Shown: positions 25,001 through 37,129 of the stretch, in pieces | How positions within the stretch are numbered: the first letter of the stretch is position 1 | How the letters are laid out: the number at the start of each line of letters is the position of its first letter | Notes under the pieces: generated by a model | What the model was told of the DNA's origin: nothing | Seen by the model: only the letters and a program-made list of their open reading frames with translations | The model's database searches: none | Position numbers and translations under genes: made by a program | Source of the DNA: Negaprion brevirostris | Lineage: Eukaryota | Assembly: GCA_030324005.1 (NCBI GenBank) | Contig: JARDVH010000059.1 | Span: 73,237,837-73,301,836 of the forward strand | Direction of reading: 5' to 3' | Length of the DNA stretch: 64,000 nt

Positions 25001-25999
25001 GCTATTTAAGCTTGGCGAAATGGCACTCTTCAGGAAGGAGCAGAAGTATGAAACTGTAATAGGCATTTTAAAAGTGGGAGTCCATATAGATGCTTCAGGG
25101 ATTCTCAGATTTAGGCATGCATAGAATTTGGAATGAGATAATCAGCATTGTGAAATTGAAACCTGTCTGCTGCCTGCTGCTGTTACTCTTCTCACTGCAG
25201 AATGATTTGTAACACTCATCTTCTTGAAGCAATGCAACCTTCAAGATTATCCAGCACTGTCAATAGTAATTGTGAAAGTATTTTTTTACTGACAGAAATC
25301 AAGGATATTTATAACCAACAGAGATCCCGTTTCAACGTTTGGCTGTGAAAATTAAGAGAATCTTTCTTTGGAATATGCAGCTATTCCTAATCTTTTTAAC
25401 ATGATGATTGTATGACGGTTGCCTAGGTTATTTTAAACTGAATCTGGAATGAAAACACTGTCTCTTAAGAATTCACTGGAAAATTGTGAGGCTGTTTAAT
25501 AGAATTCTTGGACCATTTCTTTTCAGCTTATAAACATTCATGATAGCATCTTTGTTAATTAAGCATGCTTTTTGCTAAGGTATTTAATTCGGGCATTAAA
25601 AATGCAAGGTTATATTTAAAAACTGAAAATAACCTCAGTCCACACAATGGAAGCTGTCAACATGTTTTAATTCCTGAAAATGTGTTCAAGCCCTTTGTTG
25701 AATTTAAGGAAATGAATGGCCAATAACAGAAGTGTTACTGCACTTCCCTTTTGACTAGAGGTCAGAGCATCTATTTGACGCCCATATCTACCTCCTTCAA
25801 CCAGAAAAGCTTTAATTGGGTTCGGGCATGCCACTAGATGGAGTGTCACACAAAAGGAAGCTTTTCAGAGGGTGGGGGATGGGGAAGGAAGGAAGACAAT
25901 CTGAGAATGTACAGTTTAATTGTTGGAATTAAAACTCCTGATTAGTGATTGCTGAGCAGTCGACAGTCTAGACCTTCATTGTGCTACAGCTGGAGGACA

Positions 26000-26350
26000 A
26001 GTCATGGTGATGCTCGATGTTACATTATTCTATTCCAGCTCAACGGTGAGCAGATTGAACCCAGAGGCAATGCACAGTGACTAGTCAGAACCAATGAGCT
26101 GGTCCAAGATGTGTGATATTGCATTTGTGTCCCAGCTAGACAATGAGGTGTGACGTTGCATTATCAGTGTCCTAGATAGAGAATGGTGTGTGATACTGCA
26201 TTGTAGCAAAGAGATAGAGAATCATGCATAATGTTCCATTTCAGTTTCCCAGCTACAGTGATTGTAGCCACAGTGTGTAATGGTTGAAGCACAACATTCC
26301 AGCTGAACAATGACTTGTGGTGTATCACCATGTTACAGACAGGGAATGAA
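26000..26350. repeat. Decayed minisatellite, about 38-40 bp unit
   Basis: gtgtgatattgcatt..cccagctagacaat / gtgtgacgttgcatt..cctagatagagaat / gtgtgatactgcatt..agatagagaat / gcataatgttccatt..cccagctacag. Confidence 0.65.
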
Positions 26351-26479
26351 CATTAATACAAAAGAAAGTACTGCAAATGCTAGAAATCTGAAAGAGGGGA
26401 AAAAAGCAGTACACACTAGAAATACGCAGCAGATCTGGTTCTATCGGTGGCGAGAGAAATGGAACAACATTTTAGGTGG

Positions 26480-27810
26480 CTGAGGGGGAGAGGTGGAAAG
26501 CGAGGGTGTTGGTGATGAGGGATGGGATGGAATTGTGCCCGCTGGCCCCCTAAATAGATTAGTAGCAGCCAAGTGCTGAGGCAGGCTGTTTAAAACTCCC
26601 ACCTTGGTTCTCTGAATTTCATCCCAATTGATTGCTTAGATTTTCCGCTTGCTATCCCTCAGCCCTTACACTCGCATCCACTTCTAATGCCAACTCGTCA
26701 CCCCCACCCACCCCAATAGCCCTTCATAACCTCCACGCCAAAAAAAAATCACCATTCATAGATATATTTTAAAAATGACTGCTGTTGCTATAACTCTATA
26801 AAAGTGTCAATCAACCAGATACCTAAAGTATCAGTAACAGAAGTTATAAACACTTGACATCTCTTTGTCTTTTTCAAATAAACATTGAACATGCTGGACT
26901 CAGAAAATATAGTGAATTATAACAATCTTTTGCTGATGGTCCAAACACAAATTAAAGGTCTGTCTTTGACTCAGCAGAGAAGAAAGGAAACGTTACCTGA
27001 TTGACAGATTTATGATATATGAAGCTATTTTTTTCCATGATCCCTATTGTTACTAGCTCACTCTATATTGCGCAGCAAGAGGTGTCAATTCCTTTTGCTT
27101 CTGTTGTTGACTAGCAACAGCAGTTTTCTAAAAGAAAGTGATGAATGGATGTTTTTTTAAGTAGATCCATGCCTGCCATTGTTGCTAATGGGTTCATTTT
27201 TTTTAATAGAATGAATGGGCATGGAAATGCGGTAGGGTTGATACGGAGGGGGTATGAGGCGCAATTGGAGGTGAATGGGGGATATGAGTTGGCACAGAGT
27301 ATGACGGACCATGGGGATGGGTAAGGACCAGAGGAGACATGGAGGGAACATGGGGCGGGAAAGGACGGGCGTCGACAGGGGGACATTGTAAAGGTTTTTT
27401 GACCTTATCTTTCAAAAGATATGCATGTCCAGACTTTGGGTAAGATTTTCTGGCTTTTTCTGCCAAACTCCCTCATGGCAGGTTCCATGGTGGGGTGGGT
27501 GAGCCATGCAAAATGGCATAGACTTTGGAGGGACAGAAGATCCCACCAGTGACCTATGGCTCACTGCATCCGCCTTGGGAAAACACTGGCTTCAACTCCT
27601 CTGAGATCTTTGAACCACACATCATGGAAAATCTGTCTTGACCCCAAGAAAATTGGGGGAAGCAGGGGTTCAGCGAGGAGTTGTTTGCCCACAGTGGAGT
27701 CAGTCAGGTTGTGAGTGCAGGGTGTGGACTCGCCACGCGCAACAGGAATGAGATTGGGAATCCATGAGTTGGATCCATCCTGCCAGTCTTCACCAAGCCG
27801 GGACCATAAA
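26480..27810. mobile_element. Large (about 1.3 kb) quasi-palindromic non-autonomous element
   Basis: C-rich left and G-rich right arms around an AT-rich core; core tcaatcaacc..aagtatcagtaacagaag..taaacacttgacatc is homologous to 47845-47910. Confidence 0.55.
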
Positions 27811-30800
27811 TTCGATTACTTTCTTCACTGAAGCTGCCAGACCTATGTAGTATTTTCAGCACTTGTTCTATTTTATTTCAGAAAATAAGTATGTCAGGCT
27901 GCAGGAAGAGAGCTAGAAAAATTATCTTCAGCTACAAATAACATTGAGTCTAATAATTATAGATTTCTAGGAGGGTATTTTTGAAAAAATAATCTTGTTT
28001 CCTTAATGTTTCTCCTAGGCTGGGTTACAACCCATGGAGCTATTTATTAAATATGGGCTGAAATGATGGCAGTCAGCAAGTTCTTAAGTGTATTGGTTCT
28101 AAATCTGATCTCCTCCACATCCTCAAATTTACATATGGCCACTTGCAGCAAGTATTTCTGGGGTCTGTGAGCAATAGACATCTAGCTGCTGCCAGCAGTT
28201 GTCAGATACAGCAACTCTCAACTACCCGGACTGAGATTAGCCAATATACCAACGAACCCAGAGTCTTCCTGTACTACATTTCACAATATATTTATTCACT
28301 GTGCTTTCAGGAGGATTCATGTTTCTCGCTTTTAAAAATAAAAGCTAATTGTCTCCTGAGTAGAAGAATAGGATGGCCCAGGGAAACTTTACAGGCAATT
28401 ACAGCCTTTCCAGATTTCTTTGCCAGGCATGGACGTATAATCATAGGAAAATCTGTTCCCCTTGCGAGTCTGCAATGTATCTGAAAACCTATGTAAGATT
28501 AGCAGCACGCTATCCTGCAGGAACTAAGGAACAAGTGTCGACTGTATCAACGGAGATTTGAAGCTATCTATTTTATGGACGCTTTGTTAAGAGTATTGCA
28601 TTGCTCAGCTATTTGTTTTCATTTTGGGGGAAGAATGCAGTGGTGAAGGCCGAGCTGCTTATTTTCAGTGCACAACTCTGGATCGAGTGTTGCAACATTC
28701 ACCTCTCAGAAACAGCAAAACTGTATTTGCAGAAAGATGCACATGATGATCTTCTGCTGAAGTGTGAGCACAGTGAACTGTCCCATTTCTACATTACTCA
28801 CTACAGTAAATCGAAGTGAAGCTCAATAACGTTAAACCAATGCCTGTTTGAAAGATTTGTTTTACAAAACCTTTAAAACTGCTTTGGATGTACACACATT
28901 GATTTTGTTCTGATCTCCTGAGCTTTGGTGGGAAAGCAAATTCCATAGATTCCGCATGCGCATGACCCCCTCCCCCTTCCTCCCGTTCACTTCCATAAAT
29001 GCAAAAAGATTAAGGACTTTTATCATGATCCTGAAATAATCAGTGGCATAGGGTAATAATCTTGGCCTTGAGCCAGTGTTATTGTTTTCTTAGGTCACAC
29101 AATCAGTTCAAACAATTCTTATTGACTTTCACTTGCTGCGTTCTGCCATTACGCAAAGTTTGTGTTATTAATCAAAACCATATGCTGCAAATTGCCATCG
29201 AAAACTAAATTCATTGCCTCTGCCATATATATGGAATAATTGAATATTCATTTCACAAACTAGGGAAGTTTTTTTTGCAATACTTCAATGAAAGCTTAAT
29301 AAATAATGAGTTGAAGATGTTAGAACACCAATACCTTCCCTAGGTTGGGTTCAAACATCCTACAGCCATTAACTCGTTATGGTACACAGATGTTGTGGAG
29401 CAATGTATGTTGACAGCAAGAGGTAAATAGTATATTTTTAGCAGACTTAACCTCGGTTAGCCTGGTATATTAGTCAGACTGAATGCAGCATTTGTAGCTC
29501 AGTGTGAGCTGCTCGTATTTTTCACTACTGTATGATTGAGGATTAATGTATAAAAGCATATTGCCTCCAAGAAAATAGGCAGATATTATTCCAAGGCTGT
29601 GTAACTACTAAAGCGAACACCAGTCATTGAATATTATATTTATGTGGTGCCCTCATTTCTTTGGCAATGAAATAAACATTTTTGTATGGCTCATTTATTA
29701 CTACTGAAATAAGCATTGGAAAAATATTTATTTTCAGCAGGCAATATGCAGATAAGGTCTTTTACAATAATTCCATTGTGTGGCCCATGATCCATGCAGG
29801 ATATGAGTCGAGCAGCTGGGAGCTTGCTAATTATTTGTTACAGATAATGCAGTATGGACACAGTATACATAATTTAATAAACTGCATTAGGGTTTTAACA
29901 TGCTACGCCCTCGAGTGTTAGAATTAGAATTTTTGCTCCACAATTCTCCTTGAAGCCAGCCCCCAAACTCAACAGTGTTTTCACGGAGGAAGCATTGAGT
30001 TGAAATCTTTCTCATCCGCAGACACAGGGAAAATAGCAAAGTGAGTAAGCTCAGTGACCAGCTACTACTGGGCAGCTGGCTCAGGAGCACTGAGATGGCT
30101 CGAGATTTTTAACTGCTGTTTTCTTCAGAGGTTTTTTTGGCATTGGCATACGTTCATGGATTGTATTTAAAAACAAAGTGAATGCGAACAGGTTTACAAA
30201 GAAAGACCATAAGTTGGAAGCACTGAACGTTGTGTATTAAAGCCAGGCGAGTTATTTTAAAATCTGTCACAACCAGTCTGTTTCAAATAGAAACAATAAA
30301 GATCTATTGTCTCATCTCAGGCCCATTAACCAGGATGACTGGGTAGTTGAACCATTTGCTATCTCTTCTCCACATGTCAAACAAATATTAATGCTTAGTC
30401 TATTTATTTGGGCATGGCAGAATTTTCCCCTGGAATTGGTTTTACTAGCAAATCTCAACAATGAAAGGCAGCAGCGAGATACTGCAATCCTACTTCCTGC
30501 GATCAAATGCAAGAGGAAATAAAGGAAAACTTGTGTTCGAGTGACTGGACAAAGAACTGAGACATTGGGCTTGAACTTATTTGGGGTGGGAACAGAGCTG
30601 GAGTGGGGCACACAAACTGAACAATAAACTGGCATGAGTGCCTGCTGGGATTTTGCCTCATGAGACGTTTTCTTGTTCAGTGGGAATCACTGGTCAGTGA
30701 TCACCAGTTTGAGGAGCAAGAGATCATTCTTGAGAACTTGCAGAGCAGGTCCTTGCGACAGTCAGATAAATCTCTAGGTGGAGAATCCTGATTGGGGAAG

Positions 30801-33477
30801 AGGGAAAGCAGGGACAAAGGAGGCCTAAGGTTCCTTTGTGGTGCCTGGAGGACTAGATGTGGCCTGGTGAGAAAGAAACCAGTACTCCCTGCCTCAATTC
30901 AAAACTATCTCTGCCAGGCATTATGCAACTAAGGTCAAAACCAAGACCATTGTTCTAGGGCCATGCAGCTGGAGGCTAAAATAAAGACAACTAGATCTTT
31001 CAGCTAAAAGTTGACAAGGAAGGAAGGGTATCAGTCTTGTGAATGAGACACGATCTGTGGTTTATTATTTTTCCCCCATCTTTGGAGGAAAGACTGAGAA
31101 GTGGAATTTTCTGAGACTGTTACCCTATTAATTGATTTACAGTCTTGAAATAAAGTTCCCTGAGGCTACACATCTGCCTCATTCTATCCCGAATTTCTGT
31201 CTGTCTTCCAAAAGATTGGGGGACCGTGCATGGGAAAGACCTGGTNNNNNNNNNNTATGAATCAGAGGTCTTACTGTTACACTTGAGGTTACACTAATTA
31301 GATATTGAATAATATGGGCACAGCCCTAAATGTAAGATTCTCAGGCCACTCCTAGGAGGGACCAAAACTGCAGCACACAAGAGAACATCTGATTTCAGTC
31401 TAAAACTTATTGCAGTGGTCTGGGAGCTGGCCTTTATCCCTGCCCTGCAGGACAGTATGGGAAAGAAAGAAAGTTAACTTTAAAATGGGGCACAAAAAAA
31501 TTGTTCAGACACAGCACCAAGAGGATAAGTCAGGCTGAATTGTCCCATCCTGCCCGCAATGGGTTTGGTGGTGGGTGGGAGTGGAGAACCTTGCAGGAAC
31601 CAAAAAGTCAAAAGCCTCCCAGTGCAAAAATTACTTTGCAGTTCTCCCAATGGCAGATCAGTAGCGGCTTGGTCTTCTCAACGGTTCATTGTGCAAATGC
31701 CATTGGCATTCATTTGTATCTCATGAATGCTCACAAAGACAGCTGCCCACCAGTACCCTATCAGCTTTCCGACTTTGCATCACACCTATGTGAAATTATG
31801 TGGGGCTAAAATCCAAATTCATCATGAGTGGCATACGCAAGATGGTCCTCATTGCAACAAAGCCTTTCTACCATGGTACTGCACTGCTCCTGATGTGCTG
31901 TTCACCACTCTACCGGGGCAAACTGGTTCCTGCCTCCATCTCATGCTGAGCTTCACGGACAACACCATGCTGCTGGCTTCATGGACCTTCCTGTGTCCCC
32001 ATCTCAGATCAGTACTGCATCTGGGGAGTACAGGGGTCTCCTTTCATTGCACCCACCCCTCTTCCTTCCTGGTGCCACACACCAGTGTCTATCTGGGCAG
32101 CATTGCTGCTGGACCCATGGACCCTCCTGTAGAGCAAGAGAGGTAATGTGGAAGGGAGTCTATGCCAGGTAGGTGGAATGGGAGAAAGTTGAGGGCTCAC
32201 AATGGCAGGCAGAGGGACAAACAATGGAAAGCAGAGGGAAAACTAAAGGGGGGAGGGAATCTGGACCCCGACAAAGCTGTATGAAAAGCTCACAAACAAG
32301 GGGATCAGTGGGATACCAGGTTATTTACTGGAAAGGGACAAGTGAAGACTCCAGATGCAGTGGGTCAGGGTCCAATGTGGCATAGGACTTAAAAGGTGAT
32401 GGGCTCGAAGGGAGGGTAGTTTGAATCAAAAAACAGGCATCCTTTTGAGATTGTTAACCTTTTTCTTCTGGATTGCTGTCATGTTGCATGGTCTGGTGAA
32501 GAACAGTGGGCTGGAGAGAGTGATATGAGTACTGGACTGGTGGTTAAATATAGTGCTGGGATCTTCCATCCTACCAGCTGATAAATAGATGAATCAGCTG
32601 CCAGCCCACCTGCAGGTTCGGAGGGAACGTGCTTGGGCATAATTAATGAGGTTCCAAGAGCAGAATCTGGTATGGGAATGGAGCCACTGGATTAACCCAG
32701 CCGGTACCACATTTAGCCTCAAAATGGAGAGTTTTGCCCATCAGTGGNNNNNNNNNNAGCTCCAGATAGAACAAAACAATATGAAAAATCTGCCTGCAAT
32801 TTCAAATGTTGTCTGTTATATTTGCCAATAAGTAGTCATGAGGTCCAAATCGTTACAAAACCCAATTTCGGATTTATTTGGCAAAAGCGTATTTTGCCCA
32901 GATTGAATCAATTTGAAGCTTGGACAACGGACAGTGGCCAGATCTTGCCAGGACAAATTTGCATGTTGAAATGCAGGTGATGAGACTCCAAATAACCTCA
33001 AATAGAGAAAATGAATAAAGGAATGTAAGAAATATCCAGGCCAAACTGCTGTTCACCCAGATGTTCCTATTTCTCTTCTCATCCATTGCAGCCTACAAAC
33101 AGGTTAACTCAGAAGTCGCCAAATAGATTGTAATTGGCAAGATTTGGTTTTTTTAAATGTTTAAACACTTAATTAGGATTAAATTTATGCATGGAAATAG
33201 AAAGCATTGACTATGTTTAGCGAATTAGCTATCAGCCATTTACATCACATTATTGTACAGTGAATGAACCTACTTTCCTGTTGTACTTAGCTGTTTAATC
33301 TACCTGCAGCTACACTCTGAAAAAGATGTCTTTAAATAACTTCTCATATGTGCCAGGTAAATATCTTGCAAGGCAGCTCATCAGCAGTTTCATTACTACA
33401 TTAATATGAGAAAGTTTAGGATGATAAATGGCTATTTTGATCACGGAACTTGTTGAGTAACTATCTAATTTTAAATA

Positions 33478-33735
33478 GTTTAAATTTATTTATTAATGTC
33501 ACAAGTAGGCTTACATTAACTCTGCCACACTTCAGCACCTGTTCGGGTGCATTTAGGGGGAATTTAGCATGGCCAGTGCACCTAACCAGCACAACTTCTG
33601 GATTGTGGGAGGAAACCGGAGCACCCAGAGGAAACCCTGCAGAGAGAGGGAGAACATGCAGACTTCACACAAACAGTGTCAATAGTCAAATCCGAGTCCC
33701 TGGCACTGTGAGGCAGCAATGCTAACCACTGTGCC
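33478..33735 (-). mobile_element. HE1-like SINE with alternative tail
   Basis: tttatttattaatgtcacaagtaggcttacattaac is the reverse complement of the alternative tail; ends tgaggcagcaatgctaaccactgtgcc. Confidence 0.88.
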
Positions 33736-33789
33736 TTCCATATTGATTCACTGATTTTGTCCGGTGAATAGTTCAGCCTTACAAACCCG

Positions 33790-34030
33790 AACTGTCTCAG
33801 GTCATGCTGGTCTGATTGAACCTAACTGGGGTTTTTTGCCTCAGCCACCCAATGTCTAAGAGGGCCCTACCTTCAGCATTCACTATCACAGCTTTGCAGT
33901 GAATGTCTGTTTTAGTCAATGAAGACAGGATCAAGTGTAGCTGCAATGTGGAAGTGGTAGGATAGCATGCCAACACTAACTATAAAGACTCTGCTTCAGC
34001 CTGGAAGCAATGGAAAAACTAATAAGGGGC
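33790..34030 (+). mobile_element. Ancient SINE-like repeat, highly decayed
   Basis: gcctcagc...gaagacaggatcaagtgtagctgcaatg...gatagcatgccaacactaact resembles a recalled old shark SINE; a possible relative lies at about 13620-13760. Confidence 0.35.
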
Positions 34031-34329
34031 CTGCCCTTACTTGCACCCAGTAAGGAATGTGATGGGTGAACTGTTATGGGCGACAAGTTTTCATGGTTAA
34101 AGAACAGTATCTGGTTAGGCAAATGTGCTGTGTACAAGGATGTGACCATACATGACAATAATCACAAAGTAACTGAACACATCAACTAAGTGAGAATGAA
34201 AAACAAATTCTCAAAGTTCTATATATGAATGTAGAAGTTGAAGTAAATCTTAGCTGAAGAGGGAAGTTATGATCTAAGCATCACAGGAAGTTGCTTCAAC
34301 AGTGAAGTATGTTGGGTAAATGTAAGAGC

Positions 34330-34580
34330 ATACAGAATCACAGAATTGTTGCAGTGCAGAAGGCGATCATTCAGCCCATCTTGTCCACACTAGCTCTCCG
34401 AATGAGCAATTCAGTTAGTGCTAGTGTGCCAGGCTTTCCCTGTGTAACCCCATAAATACTTCCTCTTCAGATCAGAGTCTAATTCCCTTTCCAATGTTTT
34501 TGGTTGAAACGCCTCTACCATACTCTCGGGCAGTGTACCATAAATGTTACTTGATATAATTTGGAAGAAAAACAAACTGG
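34330..34580 (-). mobile_element. CR1 3' end
   Basis: acagaatcacagaattgttgcagtgcagaaggcgatcattcagccc...ctaccatactctcgggcagtgtacc. Confidence 0.75.
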
Positions 34581-34599
34581 GGGAGTGCATTCTTTCATA

Positions 34600-35770
34600 C
34601 AATAGAGAATGAGATCAAAATGGACAATGGCAAAGCTAGTCTGGTAAAAGAAAATTAGGTGGGAAACTTGAGCAGAGGAAAGAGAGAAATAAGGAGACAT
34701 TAATCTACTGTGGGAGGCTACTGTAGCTAGCCAAGTCTGGATGAAGAATTGGACCAAGGACCTTCCTGTTAAATAAGGGAAGTTTGTACAGAAATTGTGA
34801 ATAATTTAAATATGTCTGGATTGNNNNNNNNNNNNNNNNNNNNNNNNNNNNNNNNNNNNNNNNNNNNNNNNNNNNNNNNNNNNNNNNNNNNNNNNNNNNN
34901 NNNNNNNNNNNNNNNNNNNNNNNAATATGTCAGGATTGCATTGGAAAATTTATTATTATGCAATAGGAGTGAAGTCAGATCCTGGGGACAAAAGTGAATT
35001 GTTAGGTGGAATAATTTGTTTTTTTAAAAAAAGCCCACAGGAGCAAGGATATTATTTAATCTTACAGTTAACAACTAGACAATGATAGAGCAAATCAGAG
35101 TCAAAGAATCCCCTGGCAATGGCGGCCATTATAAGGTGCAATCTTAGGTCATGCCTTTGATGGAAAACAGAATAGCAATAGATATCTTCACATTTGGAAA
35201 AGCAGATTAACAGAGAGGGCTCAAGAAACAGGAATAGATTGTGTTGTTTAGAAAAACACAGAAGGAAAGTGGCACAAAATACTATAGAGTAAAAACTGAT
35301 AAATGTCAGAGGGGAAGAAAGATAACAGGAAAAAGACCAGTGTGAAAAACAGACCAGGAAAAAATAGTTTAAAAATATTGCTCTTTAAAGCTATAAAATT
35401 ATGGGTAACATAGTGATGCATTTAGACAAAATAAAAACAAAGTAAAAGAAGTGACCAAACTGTTCAAGAGAGCTAAAGTAGGAAATCAAGTTAAGAAAGC
35501 AGAGAATAGTAAAATATATATGTAAGCACATAAAGAAAGGAAGAGTGAGCCATTAAAAGATATGGGATGCAATTTTCTCTGCCGATCGTGCCACGCTCCC
35601 CCTGCAGCGAGGTCAGAGAATTTGGCAGCTAAGGAAATCTCCATTCACTGTGACGGGATGGGAAAATCCTACCGGCATGAACAGTGGTGAGATTTCAGCC
35701 ATAATATCAACTGACTAAGGGGTAGTGGAAATGCTGTGTTTCTCCTTTGTGTTCGTGAAGGTAGCGATAG
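34600..35770 (+). mobile_element. Old CR1 ORF2 remnant (APE endonuclease region)
   Basis: Degenerate traces of CR1 endonuclease motifs (GDFN-like aatttaaatatg, PTR..ILDL-like, IEQIRVKESPGNGGH resembling LGxSDH); interrupted by a MITE at 35565. Confidence 0.55.
35565..35700. mobile_element. MITE, about 135 bp
   Basis: ggatgcaatttt ... gagatttcagcc termini; same family as the outer element at 39641-39882 in reverse orientation. Confidence 0.6.
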
Positions 35771-36179
35771 CCTGTCACTCCCTAGAATAGGAGTTTTATT
35801 TGTGCAAGGGTGAGAAGGAAGAGCTGTTCAGATCAGGGAGTCACTTGTATACTGAGGAAGTTCAAAGACAAAGCCTTAGGCCTGCTGAACTTCATTTATT
35901 AAAGAAGTGGCAAAACTCAAACATTTCCTTTGCATCATGCCCTTATGGGTGCCACCCTGCAGTGACTACACCCTGCTGTTTACCCTTAAAGCACAAGCAG
36001 TTGTTCTCCTTTTGCAGCACTGGACCCAGTATTGGTTGTAGACCCTACAGCTGCTACCCTACGGTGCCACCTCCAGCCAGGGTGCCTTGCTAAGGCAATG
36101 CTGAAAAATACAGGACGTCCTGCTGCTCCTATACAACCTGGAGGAGAACCAACAGTGAGGCATCATCAAATTGTGGGAC

Positions 36180-36760
36180 CACTCATTGTCTGCCTTCAAA
36201 ACAGTGACTATCCATTTGAGATAAAAACTAAAAGGAGCAGAAACAATCAAAGGTAGAAGTACTTGACAGGAAAAAAGACAATTTCAACAAGATAAAAAGG
36301 AAAAAACTTTTCTCAAATAAAACTAGAAAGGAAAAATGATTTTAAAAAATCCATGAAATAAAGGGAAGCACTGAGATGAGGGCTTATTAAGATACAGAGC
36401 AGACACATCCTCACAGGATGGTTCATCAAAAACTGGAGTTTATTAAATGAGTAGCGAAATGAGTAATAAGACATATAAAGAGAGGCATATGACAAACATA
36501 AGGACTAATAATGCAAAAGGAAATTGAGATAAATATAGAAAATATAAAAAGGAAGCAAAAAAGGAAATTAGAAAGGCCAAGGGAGGGATATGACTAAAGC
36601 CAGCTATGTAATATCAGGGGAAATGGTAAAGGATTTTATAAATAGATAAAAAGAAACAAAATAAAGATTAGGGCAAATTGAGATGAAAAAGGAAATCTTC
36701 TGGCAGATGAAGGAATGCTGCAGACACAAAGTTGCTATCGTGTTCACAGGAGAGTGTGGG
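36180..36760 (+). mobile_element. Old CR1 ORF2 remnant (inter-domain region)
   Basis: YRKYKKEAKKEIRKAK...NIRGNGKGFYK.IKRNKIK...LRDEKGNL. Confidence 0.65.
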
Positions 36761-37129
36761 GGTAGGGATGGAAGGGTACAGGTAATGGTGTTGTCGAAAT
36801 TAGCTAATTGGAGGATGATCCAGAGCAAGACGGGGGCTGAAGCCCTCAAAATGAGTGTCAACAGTGCAGTAAATGTTAGTTTTCACTGCACATGCAGTAA
36901 TCTGATAGAGTCTGTTGTGACATATGGTGAACAAACTGCAATGTTGCATGGGTGCTCTAACCAACATGTTATAAAGTCTCAGTATAAACGCTCTAATCTT
37001 CTATTTTACTGCACTGGCCAACACACACAACTGCTTTTAGCATTAATCCAACTTTGGTGCCAAGGTTATTTTTATTGCCCATGTCTTTCTATGTTTCTCT
37101 ACGCCAATCCTAGCCTTTTCATTGATAAT

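Noticed and set aside
26000-26350. CRISPR-like array
   Set aside because: Diverged abutting units without unique spacers, no cas genes, vertebrate context
30900-31245. Possible LTR fragment (aataaa followed by U5-like sequence)
   Set aside because: I could not identify TG..CA termini or a TSD, and it ends at a gap
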